Shown here in pieces: positions 9,428 to 18,560 of a stretch of 32,662 nt of DNA. A program made the translations under genes and the position numbers. The stretch lies in the sequence record NC_049386.1; one strand, 5' to 3'. Each line of letters begins with the position of its first letter. The first letter of the stretch is position 1. The stretch comes from Peduovirus P22H1. The notes below the pieces were generated by a model, which was given only the letters and a program-made list of their open reading frames with translations, had not been told where the DNA came from and made no database searches.

Positions 9428-9493
9428 TTGTGCCATTCCCGACACCTCATCGTCACATTGCCGCCGGTATGACCCGGCGGCATCCTTCCCGTT

Positions 9494-10129
9494 ATGAACA
9501 CTCTCGCAAATATTCAGGAACTCGCGCGCGCACTGCGCAACATGATTCGCACCGGCGTTATCGTCGAAACCGACCTTAACGCCGGTCGCTGCCGTGTGCA
9601 GACCGGCGGCATGTGTACCGACTGGCTGCAGTGGCTGACCCATCGCGCCGGACGTTCGCGCACATGGTGGGCACCTTCCGTGGGGGAACAGGTGCTGATT
9701 CTGGCCGTGGGCGGTGAACTCGACACGGCGTTCGTTCTGCCGGGGATTTATTCCGGCGATAACCCCGCGCCGTCTGCGTCGGCGGATGCCCTGCATATCC
9801 GTTTCCCTGACGGGGCGGTGATTGAGTATGAACCCGAAACCAGTGCACTCACGGTAAGCGGAATTAAAACGGCCAGCGTGACGGCTTCTGATTCTGTTAC
9901 TGCCACGGTGCCGGTGGTCATGGTGAAAGCATCAACCCGCGTCACCCTGGACACACCGGAGGTGGTCTGCACTAACAAACTGACTACCGGCACGCTGGAA
10001 GTGCAGAAGGGTGGGACGATGCGCGGCAACATTGAACACACCGGTGGTGAACTCTCATCAAACGGTAAGGTGCTGCATACCCATAAACACCCCGGCGACA
10101 GCGGCGGCACAACCGGGAGCCCTCTATGA
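9494..10129 (+). CDS. V: Baseplate spike/assembly protein gpV
   Basis: 211 aa, the P2 gpV length; first gene of the baseplate operon. Confidence 0.85.
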   Translation: MNTLANIQELARALRNMIRTGVIVETDLNAGRCRVQTGGMCTDWLQWLTHRAGRSRTWWAPSVGEQVLILAVGGELDTAFVLPGIYSGDNPAPSASADALHIRFPDGAVIEYEPETSALTVSGIKTASVTASDSVTATVPVVMVKASTRVTLDTPEVVCTNKLTTGTLEVQKGGTMRGNIEHTGGELSSNGKVLHTHKHPGDSGGTTGSPL

Positions 10130-10473
10130 CAGCGCGTTATCTCGGAATGAATTGCAGTGATGGCCTGACTGTCACTGACCTTGAGCATATCAGCCAGAGT
10201 ATCGGCGATATCCTGCGCACACCGGTCGGCTCGCGGGTGATGCGTCGTGATTACGGCTCGTTGCTGGCGTCAATGATTGACCAGCCGCAGACTCCGGCGC
10301 TTGAGTTGCAGATTAAGGTCGCCTGTTACATGGCGGTGCTGAAATGGGAACCCCGCGTCACCCTGTCATCCGTCACCACGGCGCGCAGCTTTGACGGTCG
10401 AATGACAGTTACGTTAACCGGCCAGCATAACGACACCGGCCAGCCACTTTCGTTAACCATCCCTGTGAGTTGA
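10126..10473 (+). CDS. W: Baseplate protein gpW (gp25-like)
   Basis: 115 aa, the P2 gpW length; start overlaps the V stop. Confidence 0.85.
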   Translation: MTARYLGMNCSDGLTVTDLEHISQSIGDILRTPVGSRVMRRDYGSLLASMIDQPQTPALELQIKVACYMAVLKWEPRVTLSSVTTARSFDGRMTVTLTGQHNDTGQPLSLTIPVS

Positions 10474-10477
10474 AACC

Positions 10478-11386
10478 ATGCCGATTATCGACCTGAACCA
10501 GCTACCCGCACCGGATGTGGTTGAGGAGCTGGACTTTGAAACCATTCTCGCCGAACGCAAGGCGACACTGATTTCCCTTTACCCGGAAGACCAGCAGGAG
10601 GCGGTCGCCCGTACCCTGACGCTGGAATCTGAGCCTCTCGTCAAACTGCTGGAGGAAAATGCTTATCGTGAGCTTATCTGGCGTCAGCGTGTGAATGAGG
10701 CTGCACGGGCGGTAATGCTGGCCTGTGCCGCCGGTAATGACCTTGATGTGATTGGTGCCAATTACAACACCACGCGCCTGACTATCACCCCGGCAGATGA
10801 TTCGACCATTCCGCCGACACCGGCAGTGATGGAATCTGACACCGATTATCGTCTGCGTATTCAGCAGGCCTTTGAAGGTTTAAGCGTCGCCGGGTCGGTG
10901 GGTGCCTATCAGTATCATGGTCGCAGTGCTGACGGGCGTGTCGCGGATATCTCTGTTACCAGTCCGTCTCCGGCCTGCGTCACCATCTCCGTGCTGTCAC
11001 GTGAAAATAACGGTGTGGCATCCGAAGACCTGCTGGCTGTGGTGCGTAACGCCCTTAATGGCGAGGACGTCAGGCCGGTGGCTGACCGTGTGACCGTGCA
11101 GTCTGCCGCCATTGTTGAATACCAGATAAACGCCACGCTGTATCTTTACCCTGGTCCAGAAAGCGAACCCATCCGCGCTGCTGCCGTGAAAAAACTGGAA
11201 GCGTACATCACGGCACAGCACCGGCTGGGGCGCGACATCCGTCTGTCTGCCATTTATGCCGCTTTGCATGTGGAAGGCGTGCAGCGTGTCGAACTGGCTG
11301 CACCGCTGGCCGACATCGTGCTTAACAATACGCAGGCGTCTTTCTGCACCGAATACCGCGTCGTGACCGGAGGCTCGGATGAGTGA
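10478..11386 (+). CDS. J: Baseplate wedge protein gpJ
   Basis: 302 aa, the P2 gpJ length; synteny. Confidence 0.85.
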   Translation: MPIIDLNQLPAPDVVEELDFETILAERKATLISLYPEDQQEAVARTLTLESEPLVKLLEENAYRELIWRQRVNEAARAVMLACAAGNDLDVIGANYNTTRLTITPADDSTIPPTPAVMESDTDYRLRIQQAFEGLSVAGSVGAYQYHGRSADGRVADISVTSPSPACVTISVLSRENNGVASEDLLAVVRNALNGEDVRPVADRVTVQSAAIVEYQINATLYLYPGPESEPIRAAAVKKLEAYITAQHRLGRDIRLSAIYAALHVEGVQRVELAAPLADIVLNNTQASFCTEYRVVTGGSDE

Positions 11387-11909
11387 TTCGCGCCTGCTGC
11401 CAACCGGCTCATCGCCGCTTGAAGTTGCCGCCGCAAAAGCCTGTGCGGAAATTGAAAAAACGCCGGTCAGTATTCGTGAGCTGTGGAACCCGGACACCTG
11501 CCCGGCAAATCTGCTGCCGTGGCTGGCGTGGTCATTTTCGGTCGACAGGTGGGATGAAAAGTGGCCGGAAGCGACAAAACGCGCCGTTATCCGCGATGCC
11601 TATTTCATCCACTGTCATAAAGGCACTGTCGGCGCAATCCGGCGTGTGGTGGAGCCGCTCGGCTATCTCATTAACGTAAAGGAATGGTGGGAGACAAACG
11701 ACCCGCCCGGAACCTTCCGCCTTGATATCGGCGTACTGGAAAGCGGCATCACGGAGGAGATGTATCTGGAAATGGAACGGCTTATTGCCGATGCCAAACC
11801 CGCAAGTCGCCACCTTATCGGTCTGAACATTATCCAGGACATTCCCGGCTGTCTGTATACAGGCGGTGTGGTCTGTGATGGTGATGTTATTACTGTTTAT
11901 CCCGGATAA
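11379..11909 (+). CDS. I: Baseplate protein gpI
   Basis: 176 aa, the P2 gpI length; overlaps the J stop. Confidence 0.8.
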   Translation: MSDSRLLPTGSSPLEVAAAKACAEIEKTPVSIRELWNPDTCPANLLPWLAWSFSVDRWDEKWPEATKRAVIRDAYFIHCHKGTVGAIRRVVEPLGYLINVKEWWETNDPPGTFRLDIGVLESGITEEMYLEMERLIADAKPASRHLIGLNIIQDIPGCLYTGGVVCDGDVITVYPG

Positions 11910-11919
11910 GTGAGAAACA

Positions 11920-14679
11920 ATGAGCACGAAATTTAAAACCGTTATCACTACTGCCGGAGCCGCGAAGCTGGCAGCCGCCACTGTTCCCGGCGGGAAAAAA
12001 GTAAACCTGTCTGCAATGGCTGTGGGTGACGGTAATGGCCAATTGCCGGTGCCGGATGCCGGTCAGACGAAACTGGTGCATGAAGTCTGGCGTCATGCAC
12101 TGAATAAAGTCAGTGTGGATAACAAGAATAAAAACTATATCGTGGCTGAACTGGTTGTTCCGCCAGAAGTGGGCGGCTTCTGGATGCGTGAGCTTGGTCT
12201 GTATGACGATGCCGGAACACTGATTGCGGTATCCAACATGGCAGAAAGCTATAAGCCAGAACTGGCTGAAGGCTCCGGACGTGCGCAGACCTGCCGCATG
12301 GTTATTATTCTCAGCAACGTGGCGTCCGTTGAGCTGAGTATTGATGCCAGCACAGTGATGGCGACGCAGGATTACGTCGATGACAAAATCGCAGAGCATG
12401 AGCAGTCCCGCCGCCATCCTGACGCCACGCTGACAGAAAAAGGTTTTACTCAGTTAAGCAGTGCAACAAACAGCACCAGTGAAAAGCAGGCTGCAACGCC
12501 AAAGGCAGTAAAAGCAGCCTATGACAATGCTGAGAAACGTCTGCAGAAAGACCAGAACGGTGGCGATATTCCAGATAAGGACGCTTTTCTGGACAATGTT
12601 GGCGTTACCAGCCTGACGTTTATGAAAAACAATGGCGAAATGCCGCTTGATGCTGATCTGAATACATTTGGTCCCGTTAAGGCTTATCTGGGAATCTGGT
12701 CTAAAACTACCTCAACTAACGCAACACTGGAGAAAAATTTCCCGGAAGATAATGCTGTCGGTGTGCTTGAGGTTTTTGCTGCCGGCAATTTTGCAGGTAC
12801 GCAACGCTTCACCACGAGAGACGGCAATGTATACATACGCAGACTCGCCAATAAGTGGAATGGCTCTGATGGTCCGTGGGGCATATGGCGTCACACTCAA
12901 TCAGCTACCCGCCCTTTGAGTACGACTATAGACCTGAATACGCTTGGAGCCGCCGAACATCTTGGTTTATGGCGTAACAGTAGCTCGGCTATAGCTTCAT
13001 ATGAACGCAATTATCCAGAGGAAGGCGGCTTTGCTCAGGGGATGCTTGAGATCCTCGAAGGCGGAAATTATGGAAGAACGCAACGTTATACCACTCGCCG
13101 TGGAAATATGTATGTCCGCTGCCTTGCGGCAAGCTGGGATGCATCAAATCCGCAGTGGGAACCGTGGTTAAGAGTCGGTCATCAGTCAGAGAGTCGTTAT
13201 TACGAAGGTGATTTGAATGATGTAACCTCACCAGGTATTTACAGCGTTACAGGTAAAGCGACCAACGGTCCAGTACTGGACGGAAACGGCGTGACTGTAC
13301 TCGGCATTCTGGAAGTGTTGAGGCGGTTTGATGGTGTTAATGTATGGCAGCGTTATACAACTGCCGGAACAGGTACAACCCTTAAAGGCCGCACCTTTGA
13401 GCGCGTCTTTACCGGCAGCTCATGGAGCGAATGGCGGGAAGTCTACACCTCGTATTCACTTCCCCTGAATCTGGGTATCGGCGGTGCTGTGGCAAAGCTC
13501 ACCAGCCTGGACTGGCAGACCTACGATTTTGTGCCGGGCAGTCTGATAACCGTTAGGCTGGATAATATGACCAATATTCCCGACGGTATGGACTGGGGCG
13601 TCATTGATGGCAACCTGATAAACATCGCAGTTGGTCCGAGTGATGATTCCGGTACGGGGCGCTCAATGCATGTATGGCGCAGCACTGTAAGTAAAGCGAA
13701 CTACCGATTTTTTATGGTGCGTATTTCAGGAAATCCGGGAAGCCGCACGATCACAGCAAGACGAGTACCAATCATTGACGAAGCCCAGACATGGGGCGCG
13801 AAACAGACATTCAGTGCTGGCCTTTCTGGTGAACTGTCCGGCAATGCGGCGACAGCAACAAAGCTGAAAACAGCCCGTAAAATTAATAACGTTTCGTTTG
13901 ATGGAACATCAGATATTAACCTGACGCCGAAAAATATTGGTGCATTTGCTTCAGGAAAAACAGGAGACACCGTTGCGAATGATAAAGCCGTTGGGTGGAA
14001 CTGGAGTAGCGGAGCCTATAACGCAACTACTGGTGGGGCATCAACGTTAATTCTTCATTTTAATATCGGTGAAGGAAGTTGTCCCGCCGCCCAGTTCCGC
14101 GTTAATTATAAGAACGGCGGTATTTTTTATCGTTCTGCTCGTGACGGTTACGGATTCGAGGCTGACTGGTCTGAGTTTTATACCACAACGCGAAAACCTA
14201 CAGCGGGAGATGTCGGTGCACTGCCGTTATCTGGTGGTCAATTGAATGGTGCTCTGGGTATAGGAACATCCAGTGCTCTTGGCGGTAATTCGATTGTTTT
14301 GGGTGATAATGACACGGGCTTTAAACAAAATGGTGATGGTAATCTGGATGTTTATGCTAATAGCGTCCATGTTATGCGCTTTGTCTCGGGAAGTATTCAA
14401 AGTAATAAAACCATAAATATTACGGGGCGTGTTAATCCCTCGGATTACGGTAACTTTGATTCCCGCTATGTCCGGGATATCCGGCTTGGTGGTGCTGCCA
14501 CATACAAACCTGCGAACAATGGCATGACATGGACACATCAGGCACCGTCCGGGTGTGTATATTCCGGCATTATTGTTCAGGATACCGGCTCAAACTCTGC
14601 CGATAACATTGGTGGTGTATATTACAGACCGGTTCAGAAATACATTAACGGGACATGGTATAACGTGGCGCAGGTATAA
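11920..14679 (+). CDS. H: Tail fibre protein gpH with an extended, divergent C-terminal region
   Basis: 919 aa; N-terminus MSTKFKTVITTAGAAKLAAA is P2 H-like, but P2 H is about 669 aa; three degenerate tandem domain repeats are visible in the middle. Confidence 0.85.
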   Translation: MSTKFKTVITTAGAAKLAAATVPGGKKVNLSAMAVGDGNGQLPVPDAGQTKLVHEVWRHALNKVSVDNKNKNYIVAELVVPPEVGGFWMRELGLYDDAGTLIAVSNMAESYKPELAEGSGRAQTCRMVIILSNVASVELSIDASTVMATQDYVDDKIAEHEQSRRHPDATLTEKGFTQLSSATNSTSEKQAATPKAVKAAYDNAEKRLQKDQNGGDIPDKDAFLDNVGVTSLTFMKNNGEMPLDADLNTFGPVKAYLGIWSKTTSTNATLEKNFPEDNAVGVLEVFAAGNFAGTQRFTTRDGNVYIRRLANKWNGSDGPWGIWRHTQSATRPLSTTIDLNTLGAAEHLGLWRNSSSAIASYERNYPEEGGFAQGMLEILEGGNYGRTQRYTTRRGNMYVRCLAASWDASNPQWEPWLRVGHQSESRYYEGDLNDVTSPGIYSVTGKATNGPVLDGNGVTVLGILEVLRRFDGVNVWQRYTTAGTGTTLKGRTFERVFTGSSWSEWREVYTSYSLPLNLGIGGAVAKLTSLDWQTYDFVPGSLITVRLDNMTNIPDGMDWGVIDGNLINIAVGPSDDSGTGRSMHVWRSTVSKANYRFFMVRISGNPGSRTITARRVPIIDEAQTWGAKQTFSAGLSGELSGNAATATKLKTARKINNVSFDGTSDINLTPKNIGAFASGKTGDTVANDKAVGWNWSSGAYNATTGGASTLILHFNIGEGSCPAAQFRVNYKNGGIFYRSARDGYGFEADWSEFYTTTRKPTAGDVGALPLSGGQLNGALGIGTSSALGGNSIVLGDNDTGFKQNGDGNLDVYANSVHVMRFVSGSIQSNKTINITGRVNPSDYGNFDSRYVRDIRLGGAATYKPANNGMTWTHQAPSGCVYSGIIVQDTGSNSADNIGGVYYRPVQKYINGTWYNVAQV

Positions 14680-14682
14680 TTT

Positions 14683-15210
14683 ATGCAGCATTTAAAAAAT
14701 ATTACGGCGGGTAATCCAAAAACGGTTGAACAATATCAATTGACAAAAGACTTTGATGTTGTCTGGTTTTTTTCAGAAGATGGTAAGAACTGGTACGAAG
14801 AACAAAAGTATTTTGCTGATGACACGCTAAAAATAGCGTACGACAAAGATAATATCATCCGCTATGTGGAAAAGGATGTGACAGCTATCAGACCGGATGG
14901 ATTAAGTGTTGTTGAAGTGGCGGATATTACTGCTAACCGACGGGCGGACATTTCAGGGAACTGGATGTTTAAGGACGGCAAAGTGATTAAACGCATTTAT
15001 ACGGCAGAGGAATTGCTGCAGCAGGCAGAAAACCGGAAAGCCAGACTTCTTGCAGATGCTGAATCCGTGATTTTGCCGCTGGAGCGCGCGGTCAGACTGA
15101 ACATGGCAACAGATGAGGAGCGTAGCCGACTGGATGCATGGGAGCGTTACAGCGTTCTGGTCAGTCGTGTGGATCCTGCAAATCCTGAATGGCCGGAAAT
15201 GCCGCAATAA
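14683..15210 (+). CDS. G: Tail fibre assembly chaperone gpG
   Basis: 175 aa, the P2 gpG length; directly after H. Confidence 0.8.
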   Translation: MQHLKNITAGNPKTVEQYQLTKDFDVVWFFSEDGKNWYEEQKYFADDTLKIAYDKDNIIRYVEKDVTAIRPDGLSVVEVADITANRRADISGNWMFKDGKVIKRIYTAEELLQQAENRKARLLADAESVILPLERAVRLNMATDEERSRLDAWERYSVLVSRVDPANPEWPEMPQ

Positions 15211-15431
15211 GTTGTATGATCTCTGGAGTGAGCAAACATATCTATGGCACAGAGTAAAGCCTAATCTGACAGGCCGCTCTGTGTCTGGAGTAGATTTTAG
15301 TAAAGCATTATTTTATTAGTGCAAATTCTAATCAATACATTTTATGTATATGATATCCTGCAGACTTTAATGACTTGGTTTAGGCTAACCAGATAACACT
15401 GAAGGAATATTTTTGATAATTAAGGTGCGGT

Positions 15432-16025
15432 ATGTTTACTAAGCGACGATTAAAAAATATTAACTGGGAGGCAAGTTCAGTGATTCTTGCTATGGTTCTC
15501 TTTGTTGGAAATATATTTTATACAAATCATCGTGATGATATAACTATGGAGGCTGAGAGGGACAGTATCAGAACAATGTTTGCATATGAAATCGCTAATA
15601 ACCATCGCGCTCTCACTTTTCTTGATAAAACGAGATATATTGGCTTTGACGAAAATTCGGAGCATTTTGTTGGCGAGCCTTTTGCCATTAATGTCAAATC
15701 ATTAGGGGGGCCTCGCTTACAGATTGCATTAAACCAGACTGATAAAGTGTTTAAATCCTACTTCAGCGAATTAAGTAAGCTTGATAAAGAGGATGTTACT
15801 CTTCTTATGGACTATTACCATGAGCAAAGCATCCTGCTGGAGCGTGTAAAATCTACGTTACAGAAGATGAAAAGTGGTAATGATATTAAAGTTGATATTG
15901 ATGGTTACTTATTAGAAGAACACTTCATGAATGAGCTTAATCTTTCTAATATTTTGCTTAAACGCTATAGCCATTTGTTGTCACAACACACCAAAGAACA
16001 TAAAACAAAAGATTTACATAATTGA
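15432..16025 (+). CDS. Hypothetical membrane-anchored protein in the Z/fun variable slot (accessory/moron gene)
   Basis: 197-aa ORF with Shine-Dalgarno AAGGTG four nt upstream; N-terminal hydrophobic helix (SSVILAMVLFVGNIFY); AT-rich relative to flanking tail genes; occupies the P2 Z/fun position. Confidence 0.6.
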   Translation: MFTKRRLKNINWEASSVILAMVLFVGNIFYTNHRDDITMEAERDSIRTMFAYEIANNHRALTFLDKTRYIGFDENSEHFVGEPFAINVKSLGGPRLQIALNQTDKVFKSYFSELSKLDKEDVTLLMDYYHEQSILLERVKSTLQKMKSGNDIKVDIDGYLLEEHFMNELNLSNILLKRYSHLLSQHTKEHKTKDLHN

Positions 16026-16231
16026 TAATCTGCTAATGGTTATTCATGGGGTAACTATGTTTTATATGTAATCCAACTCAGATGAATTATTGATTCTGGA
16101 TAATAACCGCAGAGCGGTATATACCCTGACAGGCAAATGTCCGCTTCTTGTTCAAAGCAGACCGTCAGATTTGATAACTTTTGGGCTATGTAAATTGTCA
16201 GTCGGAAAATGAGTGAGTTCAAATCAGGACA

Positions 16232-16258
16232 GGCGGGCGAATTGCCCGCCTTTTCTTT
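16232..16258 (+). terminator. Rho-independent terminator closing the Z/fun-slot transcript
   Basis: Perfect 7-bp stem GGCGGGC-gaatt-GCCCGCC followed by TTTTCTTT. Confidence 0.6.
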
Positions 16259-16354
16259 ATCTGTTGTTTCATCCACTGACCAGCCAGGTCAAATAGCGTC
16301 TCATGCTCTGCACAACAGAAAATAGTTGCACCCATTAACCACGGAGTTAAACGG

Positions 16355-17545
16355 ATGAGTGACTATCATCATGGCGTGCAGGTGCTGGAGATTAACGACG
16401 GCACCCGCGTCATTTCCACCGTATCCACTGCCATTGTCGGCATGGTCTGCACGGCCAGCGATGCGGATGCGGAAACCTTCCCCCTCAATAAACCTGTGCT
16501 GATTACCAATGCCCAGAGCGCAATTGCAAAGGCCGGTAAAAAAGGCACGCTGGCGGCATCGTTACAGGCCATCGCCGACCAGTCAAAACCGGTCACCGTT
16601 GTCGTGCGTGTGGAAGACGGCACCGGCGAAGACGAAGAAACGAAACTCGCGCAGACCGTTTCCAATATCATCGGCACCACCGACGAAAACGGTCAGTACA
16701 CCGGACTGAAAGCCCTGCTGGCGGCGGAGTCGGTAACCGGTGTTAAACCGCGTATTCTCGGCGTGCCGGGACTGGACACCAAAGAGGTGGCTGTTGCACT
16801 GGCATCAGTCTGTCAGAAGCTGCGCGCTTTCGGGTATATCAGCGCATGGGGCTGTAAAACCATTTCCGAGGTGAAAGCCTACCGCCAGAATTTCAGCCAG
16901 CGTGAGCTGATGGTCATCTGGCCGGATTTCCTCGCATGGGATACGGTCGCCAGTACCACCGCCACCGCGTATGCCACCGCCCGTGCGCTGGGGCTGCGTG
17001 CTAAAATCGACCAGGAGCAGGGCTGGCATAAAACGCTGTCCAACGTCGGGGTGAACGGTGTTACCGGCATCAGCGCATCTGTATTCTGGGATTTGCAGGA
17101 GTCCGGCACCGATGCTGACCTGCTGAACGAGGCAGGCGTCACAACGCTGATTCGCCGCGACGGTTTCCGCTTCTGGGGTAACCGTACCTGCTCTGATGAC
17201 CCGCTGTTCCTCTTTGAGAACTACACCCGCACTGCGCAGGTGCTGGCCGACACGATGGCTGAGGCGCACATGTGGGCTGTGGATAAGCCCATCACCGCAA
17301 CGCTGATTCGCGACATCGTTGACGGCATTAATGCCAAATTCCGTGAGCTGAAAACAAACGGCTATATCGTGGATGCGACCTGCTGGTTCAGCGAAGAATC
17401 CAACGATGCGGAAACCCTCAAGGCCGGAAAACTGTATATCGACTACGACTATACACCGGTGCCTCCTCTCGAAAACCTGACCCTGCGCCAGCGTATTACC
17501 GATAAATACCTGGCAAATCTGGTCACCTCGGTTAACAGCAATTAA
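16355..17545 (+). CDS. FI: Tail sheath protein gpFI
   Basis: 396 aa, the P2 FI length; synteny. Confidence 0.9.
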   Translation: MSDYHHGVQVLEINDGTRVISTVSTAIVGMVCTASDADAETFPLNKPVLITNAQSAIAKAGKKGTLAASLQAIADQSKPVTVVVRVEDGTGEDEETKLAQTVSNIIGTTDENGQYTGLKALLAAESVTGVKPRILGVPGLDTKEVAVALASVCQKLRAFGYISAWGCKTISEVKAYRQNFSQRELMVIWPDFLAWDTVASTTATAYATARALGLRAKIDQEQGWHKTLSNVGVNGVTGISASVFWDLQESGTDADLLNEAGVTTLIRRDGFRFWGNRTCSDDPLFLFENYTRTAQVLADTMAEAHMWAVDKPITATLIRDIVDGINAKFRELKTNGYIVDATCWFSEESNDAETLKAGKLYIDYDYTPVPPLENLTLRQRITDKYLANLVTSVNSN

Positions 17546-17557
17546 GGAGCCTGACCG

Positions 17558-18076
17558 ATGGCAATGCCGCGCAAACTCAAGTTAATGAACGTCTTTCTGA
17601 ACGGCTACAGCTATCAGGGCGTCGCGAAGTCCGTCACGCTGCCAAAACTGACCCGTAAGCTCGAAAACTATCGCGGTGCGGGGATGAACGGCAGCGCACC
17701 GGTAGACCTCGGCCTTGATGACGATGCGCTGTCAATGGAGTGGTCGCTCGGTGGCTTCCCGGATTCGGTTATCTGGGAGCTTTACGCCGCAACCGGTGTG
17801 GATGCCGTACCGATTCGTTTTGCAGGCTCTTACCAGCGCGACGATACCGGCGAAACGGTGGCCGTCGAGGTGGTCATGCGTGGACGTCAGAAAGAAATCG
17901 ACACCGGCGAGGGCAAACAGGGAGAAGACACCGAGTCGAAAATCTCCGTGGTCTGCACCTATTTCCGGCTGACGATGGACGGTAAGGAGCTGGTCGAAAT
18001 CGACACCATCAACATGATTGAGAAGGTGAACGGCGTCGACCGGCTGGAGCAACACCGCCGCAATATCGGCCTGTGA
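17558..18076 (+). CDS. FII: Tail tube protein gpFII
   Basis: 172 aa, the P2 FII length; synteny. Confidence 0.9.
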   Translation: MAMPRKLKLMNVFLNGYSYQGVAKSVTLPKLTRKLENYRGAGMNGSAPVDLGLDDDALSMEWSLGGFPDSVIWELYAATGVDAVPIRFAGSYQRDDTGETVAVEVVMRGRQKEIDTGEGKQGEDTESKISVVCTYFRLTMDGKELVEIDTINMIEKVNGVDRLEQHRRNIGL

Positions 18077-18132
18077 TTTTCATCCGGTCAGCCTGGCTGA
18101 CCGGTTAACCCCGATTCAGAAGTGAGAAAACC

Positions 18133-18408
18133 ATGAACAAAGAAAACGTCATTACCCTGGACAATCCGGTCAAACGTGGTGAGCAGGTTATCGAACAGGT
18201 CACGCTGATGAAACCCAATGCCGGGACGCTGCGCGGTGTCAGTCTGGCTGCAGTCGCGAACTCCGAAGTCGATGCACTGATTAAAGTGCTGCCGCGCATG
18301 ACGGCACCGATGCTGACCGAGCAGGAAGTCGCCGCGCTGGAACTGCCTGACCTTGTGGCGCTGGCCGGTAAGGTGGTCGGTTTTTTGTCGCCGAACTCGG
18401 TGCAGTGA
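18133..18408 (+). CDS. E: Tail assembly chaperone gpE (zero-frame product)
   Basis: 91 aa, the P2 gpE length; between the tube and tape-measure genes. Confidence 0.8.
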   Translation: MNKENVITLDNPVKRGEQVIEQVTLMKPNAGTLRGVSLAAVANSEVDALIKVLPRMTAPMLTEQEVAALELPDLVALAGKVVGFLSPNSVQ

Positions 18409-18560
18409 CGTTTCCGAAAAATCTCTCGGTCGATGACCTGATGGCGGATGTGGCAGTGATATTTCACTGGCCGCCATCAGAACTGTATCCCATGAGCCTG
18501 ACCGAACTCATCACATGGCGCGAAAAGGCGCTCCGGCGAAGCGGAAACACGAATGAGTAA
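18133..18560 (+). CDS. E+E': Tail assembly chaperone gpE+E' made by -1 programmed frameshift at T_TTT_TTG (18381-18387)
   Basis: Slippery heptamer in the correct zero-frame register near the 3' end of E; the -1 frame stays open to TAA at 18558-18560, giving about 142 aa (the P2 E+E' size) and overlapping the T start. Confidence 0.6.

Noticed and set aside
15249-15284. Inverted repeat CACAGAG...CTCTGTG after gene G as a possible terminator
   Set aside because: Seven-bp stem with a 22-nt loop and no following T-run; too weak to call.
16055-16276. 73-aa minus-strand ORF in the Z/fun slot
   Set aside because: Overlaps the plus-strand terminator hairpin, has no convincing RBS, and lies opposite the direction of all flanking transcription; probably spurious.
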